The notes under the pieces: generated by a model | The model's database searches: none | What the model was told of the DNA's origin: nothing | Seen by the model: only the letters and a program-made list of their open reading frames with translations | In this document: positions 8,683-10,839 of the stretch, piece after piece | Layout of the letters: each line of letters opens with the position of its first letter | Position numbering within the stretch: position 1 is the stretch's first letter | Program-made: the position numbers and the translations under genes | Source of the DNA: Fonticula alba ATCC 38817 | Taxonomy: Eukaryota > Protista > Nucleariida | Length of the DNA stretch: 10,839 nucleotides | Direction: 5' to 3' (one strand) | Assembly (NCBI GenBank): GCA_000388065.2 | Contig: KB932201.1

Positions 8683-10123
8683 CCACACACACACACACAC
8701 ACACGTATTCGCCTTTGTATTCACACTCACCAATGCATGGTTGTGCCCTCTCTGGTCCCCATGTCTCCCACATATCTCCACCTCGTCTCCTCCACGCCTC
8801 CTCCACGTCTCCTCCACGTCTCCTCCACGTCTCCTCCACGTCTCCTCCGTCAGGACAATCGCCAAGCCCTGCCTGTTAGCCTTGCTACCTACGAGCGCCA
8901 GCAAGATCGCCTCCCCTACGCCAATACGTATCTCCACCGGGATGCCCCCACCGATCGAAATTACCGGATCCGCAGCTTCGGCCAGGCACGGCTCTTCGCC
9001 CAAATGCAGATCACCTCGCCGGAGATGCGCCTTGCCCGCCTGGCGCGCGACCTGGACGATCTGTCTGCCCTGTTGGCCGAGTCTGCCGGCACCCCGGACG
9101 AGTTCATCAACACCCAGCTGGCCGACTTGGCCCTGAAGCAGATGCTTGTGCGTGCCCGGGGCACCCTTCGTACCATACACCCTCGCACCGTCCTCCGATC
9201 CCCCACTCGAATGATCATTCCCTCTCCCTCTCTCCCTCTCTCTCTCCCATCATTCTCACATGCGCACGCGTTCTCGAGCGCAGGAACTCGAAGCCGGGGA
9301 CCTGGACTACCTGCTGATGGACATCCTCGGCTGCCATGACAGCTTGGCCGCCCTGCCGGACACCGTGCGACTGACCAACGCCGCCATGGCCCACGTGCGG
9401 GAGGCATTGCACGATGCCGAGGCGTTGGAATATCCCGCGCCCAATCTCGGGCCCGGATTCAGCCGTTCCACGGTGGCTACCCTGGGTGGCCTGCTGCTGG
9501 AGCATGCTCACCGCCATCCGGCGGAGATCCCCGAAGGGGGGGAGCCAGCCCCGCCGGCGTCGGGGCAGCCCCGGCGCCAGGGTGCTGCCAATGCTGTGAC
9601 CTCCGCCAGTGCCGCCGCCATCGCCGCGGGGGCTGGCTCTTCGAGTGACGGGGAAACCCTGTACTTCTACCAGAGCTCCTGTGGTCGGCCCATTTTCATG
9701 CATGGGCTCTTTTTCGCCGCGCTCACGAGCGTCGTCGGTGGCGACCCGGCCCAGCTTCCCCCGCGGCTGCTTGTGCCTGTCTCCCATGTGGATCACCAGT
9801 CGCAGACCTATGTGCGTGACGGGGCCCTGCCCTCCCTGCGCCGGCTTCCCAGCCTCCTCATCCTCTTCCCTGTGGCCTGGTGCATTGCCATGCCACCTTC
9901 CACCTCCCCCCCCCCCTTCCGCCTCCTCCGGAAGTCTTTGCCTCCCTTCTGACCCCGAATGCATCCTCCCTGGGGCATTTACCTGCTTCCATCTGGATGC
10001 AGGATTCCCGCAACCGTCTGAAGAACCTCGCACACTTGCCCTACGGCGCGAGCTTCTACACTTGCGGGCTGTACTTGCCCCGCTTCCTCTTCATACAGTT
10101 CCCTGCGCTCCGGCCGTTCCAGG
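7721..10123 (+). CDS. RNF10: RNF10/Mag2-like RING-finger E3 ubiquitin ligase, exons 3-6 (7721-8615, 8854-9147, 9284-9811, 10003-10123); 3' end missing
   Basis: The C3HC4 RING CVIC...ARITPCGHIFCYTC...CPVC (7905-8090) is preceded by DFDTPPDWDLVDEL. Other blocks that match my recollection of the RNF10/Mag2 family are (S)YRFLL, EFTLMTRHR|DNRQALP, YFYQSSCGRPIFMH and LKNLAHLPYGASF. All three internal GT-AG introns join in frame (phase 0). Orthology is by motif recognition, not a database search. Confidence 0.85.
8660..8704 (+). repeat. (CA)n microsatellite with one interruption, intronic
   Basis: Direct reading of the sequence; the interruption is ACCC at 8681-8684. Confidence 0.95.
8787..8848 (+). 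repeat. 11-bp minisatellite (CTCCTCCACGT) x about 5.6, intronic
   Basis: Units start at 8787 (one mismatch), 8798, 8809, 8820 and 8831, with a partial unit at 8842-8848 that ends 2 nt before the CAG acceptor. Confidence 0.95.
9148..9283 (+). other. RNF10-like intron 4 (136 nt)
   Basis: Donor GTGCGT at 9148, CTCAC at 9255-9259 and acceptor CAG at 9281-9283, phase 0 (LKQML|ELEAGD). Confidence 0.8.
9812..10002 (+). other. RNF10-like intron 5 (191 nt)
   Basis: Donor GTGCGT at 9812, C11 run at 9906-9916, a CTGAC branch-point candidate near 9950 and acceptor CAG at 10000-10002, phase 0 (QSQTY|DSRNRL). Confidence 0.85.
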
Positions 10124-10158
10124 GTATGGCACGCCGATTAAGGCACCCCCCCCCCCCC
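10124..10158 (+). other. 5' part of RNF10-like intron 6, truncated by the gap
   Basis: Donor GTATGG at 10124 (phase 1) is followed by C13 and then N. Confidence 0.65.
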
Positions 10159-10168
10159 NNNNNNNNNN
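10159..10168. other. Assembly gap (10 N, probably a placeholder size)
   Basis: A run of 10 N between two C runs. Confidence 1.
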
Positions 10169-10336
10169 CCCCCCGCCCATCCCCCGCCAACCTTGCCCCT
10201 CCTTCTCGGCCCCGAGTCGTCTTCCGCGTCGGCCTCCCCCTCCTCCGCTGCCGTCGCCATCGCACCTTCTCGGCCCCTCCCTCGTCTCGGTCTTGCCTCG
10301 CGGTGTCCCATCCATCCTCGCCCTCCCTCCTGATCC

Positions 10337-10797
10337 ATGCCTCCCCAGTCCCGTCTCAATGTGCGCCCCCTCCGCCGCTTCTCGCTCCCCGGTGGGCCTC
10401 CCGCTCGATGTCCTAACATCCCACCGGCTCCCTGGCTGACGCGCTGACTGGCTGCCTGGCTGGCTGGCCCTCCTGCTCCGGGACACCGATCCACACAGAA
10501 TGATCACTCCACCAGCAATCCCCCGGCCGGCAAGGCCAAACGCTCCTCCCGGGCACGTAGCCAGCGTTCCGAGCGCGCGCTCCTCGTGAATGACCTGTCC
10601 GGGGACTTCTTCGATGCCGATGACTTCGTCCCCTTCGGCCGGGCCGGACCGGTGTACGATTCTACCGGGTCGCTGCGTAGCGCCGGGGCCCCGAGCACGC
10701 GCGGGCGTCCATCAACCGGCGACCCTGCCCCCCGGTCGAGGCACCGGAGCCGCCACCAGCCCATCGAGAATGTCAAGTACAACCGCCTCCTGGCCAG
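10337..10797 (+). CDS. RNF10: RNF10/Mag2-like E3 ligase, 5' exons 1 (10337-10360, MPPQSRLN, tentative) and 2 (10499-10797), apparently misplaced downstream of exons 3-6
   Basis: Exon 2 is an open 299-nt frame (NDHSTSNPPAGK...HQPIENVKYNRLLA-S) ending at donor GTGTGT 10798. The sequence after this donor is identical to the intron remnant at 7630, and the phase (2) joins to exon 3 as LLASYRFLL. Exon 1 is an ATG followed by a phase-0 GTGCGC donor at 10361; the intron has CTAAC at 10413-10417, CTGAC at 10436-10440 and 10444-10448, and CAG at 10496-10498. Exon 2 is well supported; exon 1 is less certain. Confidence 0.7.
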
Positions 10798-10805
10798 GTG
10801 TGTCA

Positions 10806-10839
10806 CTGTGTTGGCCATTTCGGCTCCCCCCCCCCCCCC
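10806..10839 (+). repeat. 34-nt exact direct repeat, copy 2 (end of window)
   Basis: Identical to 7630-7663. Confidence 0.95.

Larger units (their letters stand above)
8616..8853 (+). other. RNF10-like intron 3 (238 nt)
   Basis: Donor GTGCGC at 8616 and acceptor CAG at 8851-8853, phase 0. No other AG occurs in the intron. Confidence 0.85.

Noticed and set aside
8787-8848. Regular short repeats as a possible CRISPR array
   Set aside because: These are head-to-tail 11-mers with no spacers, inside a eukaryotic intron.
5648-8879. Very long ORFs spanning the gap (664, 496, 345, 696 and 524 aa)
   Set aside because: They are artefacts of translating 786 N as X. Only 7721-8615 on the + strand is coding.
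9276-9283. Competing GAG acceptor 5 nt upstream of the CAG in intron 4
   Set aside because: GAG is a poor acceptor and would frameshift the gene. There is no evidence for regulated use.
472-10123. Functional clustering of two translation-related genes (mitochondrial RF1 and the ribosome quality-control ligase RNF10)
   Set aside because: They act in different compartments, are separated by an unrelated gene, and show no operon-like arrangement. This is most likely chance.
7630-10839. 34-nt direct repeats as LTRs or target-site duplications of a mobile element
   Set aside because: Both copies sit exactly at contig ends within the same host intron, the enclosed DNA is a host gene, and no transposase or reverse transcriptase is present.

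Overview
This is GC-rich (roughly two-thirds G+C by eye) eukaryotic genomic DNA with spliceosomal introns (GT...CTRAC/CTCAC...YAG). It is a draft scaffold of three contigs (1-6843, 7630-10158, 10169-10839) separated by gaps of 786 N and 10 N. It contains three intron-containing genes. (1) A mitochondrial class-I peptide release factor of RF1 type (+, 472-1808, 2 exons, 414 aa). (2) A stand-alone bacterial-like LolD/MacB/FtsE-type ABC ATPase with no membrane domain (-, 4774-2807, 549 aa). Its disordered N-terminus carries a tandem array of RRxS (PKA-consensus) motifs, and it has a probable TATA box and 5'UTR intron. (3) An RNF10/Mag2-like C3HC4 RING E3 ligase (+) whose exons are out of order: exons 3-6 lie at 7721-10123, while exons 1-2 lie downstream at 10337-10797. 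The last 34 nt of the window are identical to the first 34 nt after the large gap, so the last contig most likely belongs inside the 786-N gap (scaffold mis-ordering) rather than reflecting real gene scrambling. I found no mobile element, RNA gene or CRISPR array, and I cannot claim a confirmed novel system. The best biological leads are the phospho-site array on the solo ABC ATPase and the unusual splice-signal composition. The style of the DNA (long C/G homopolymers, fungal-like branch points) reminds me of the Fonticula alba draft genome, but that is an unverified impression.
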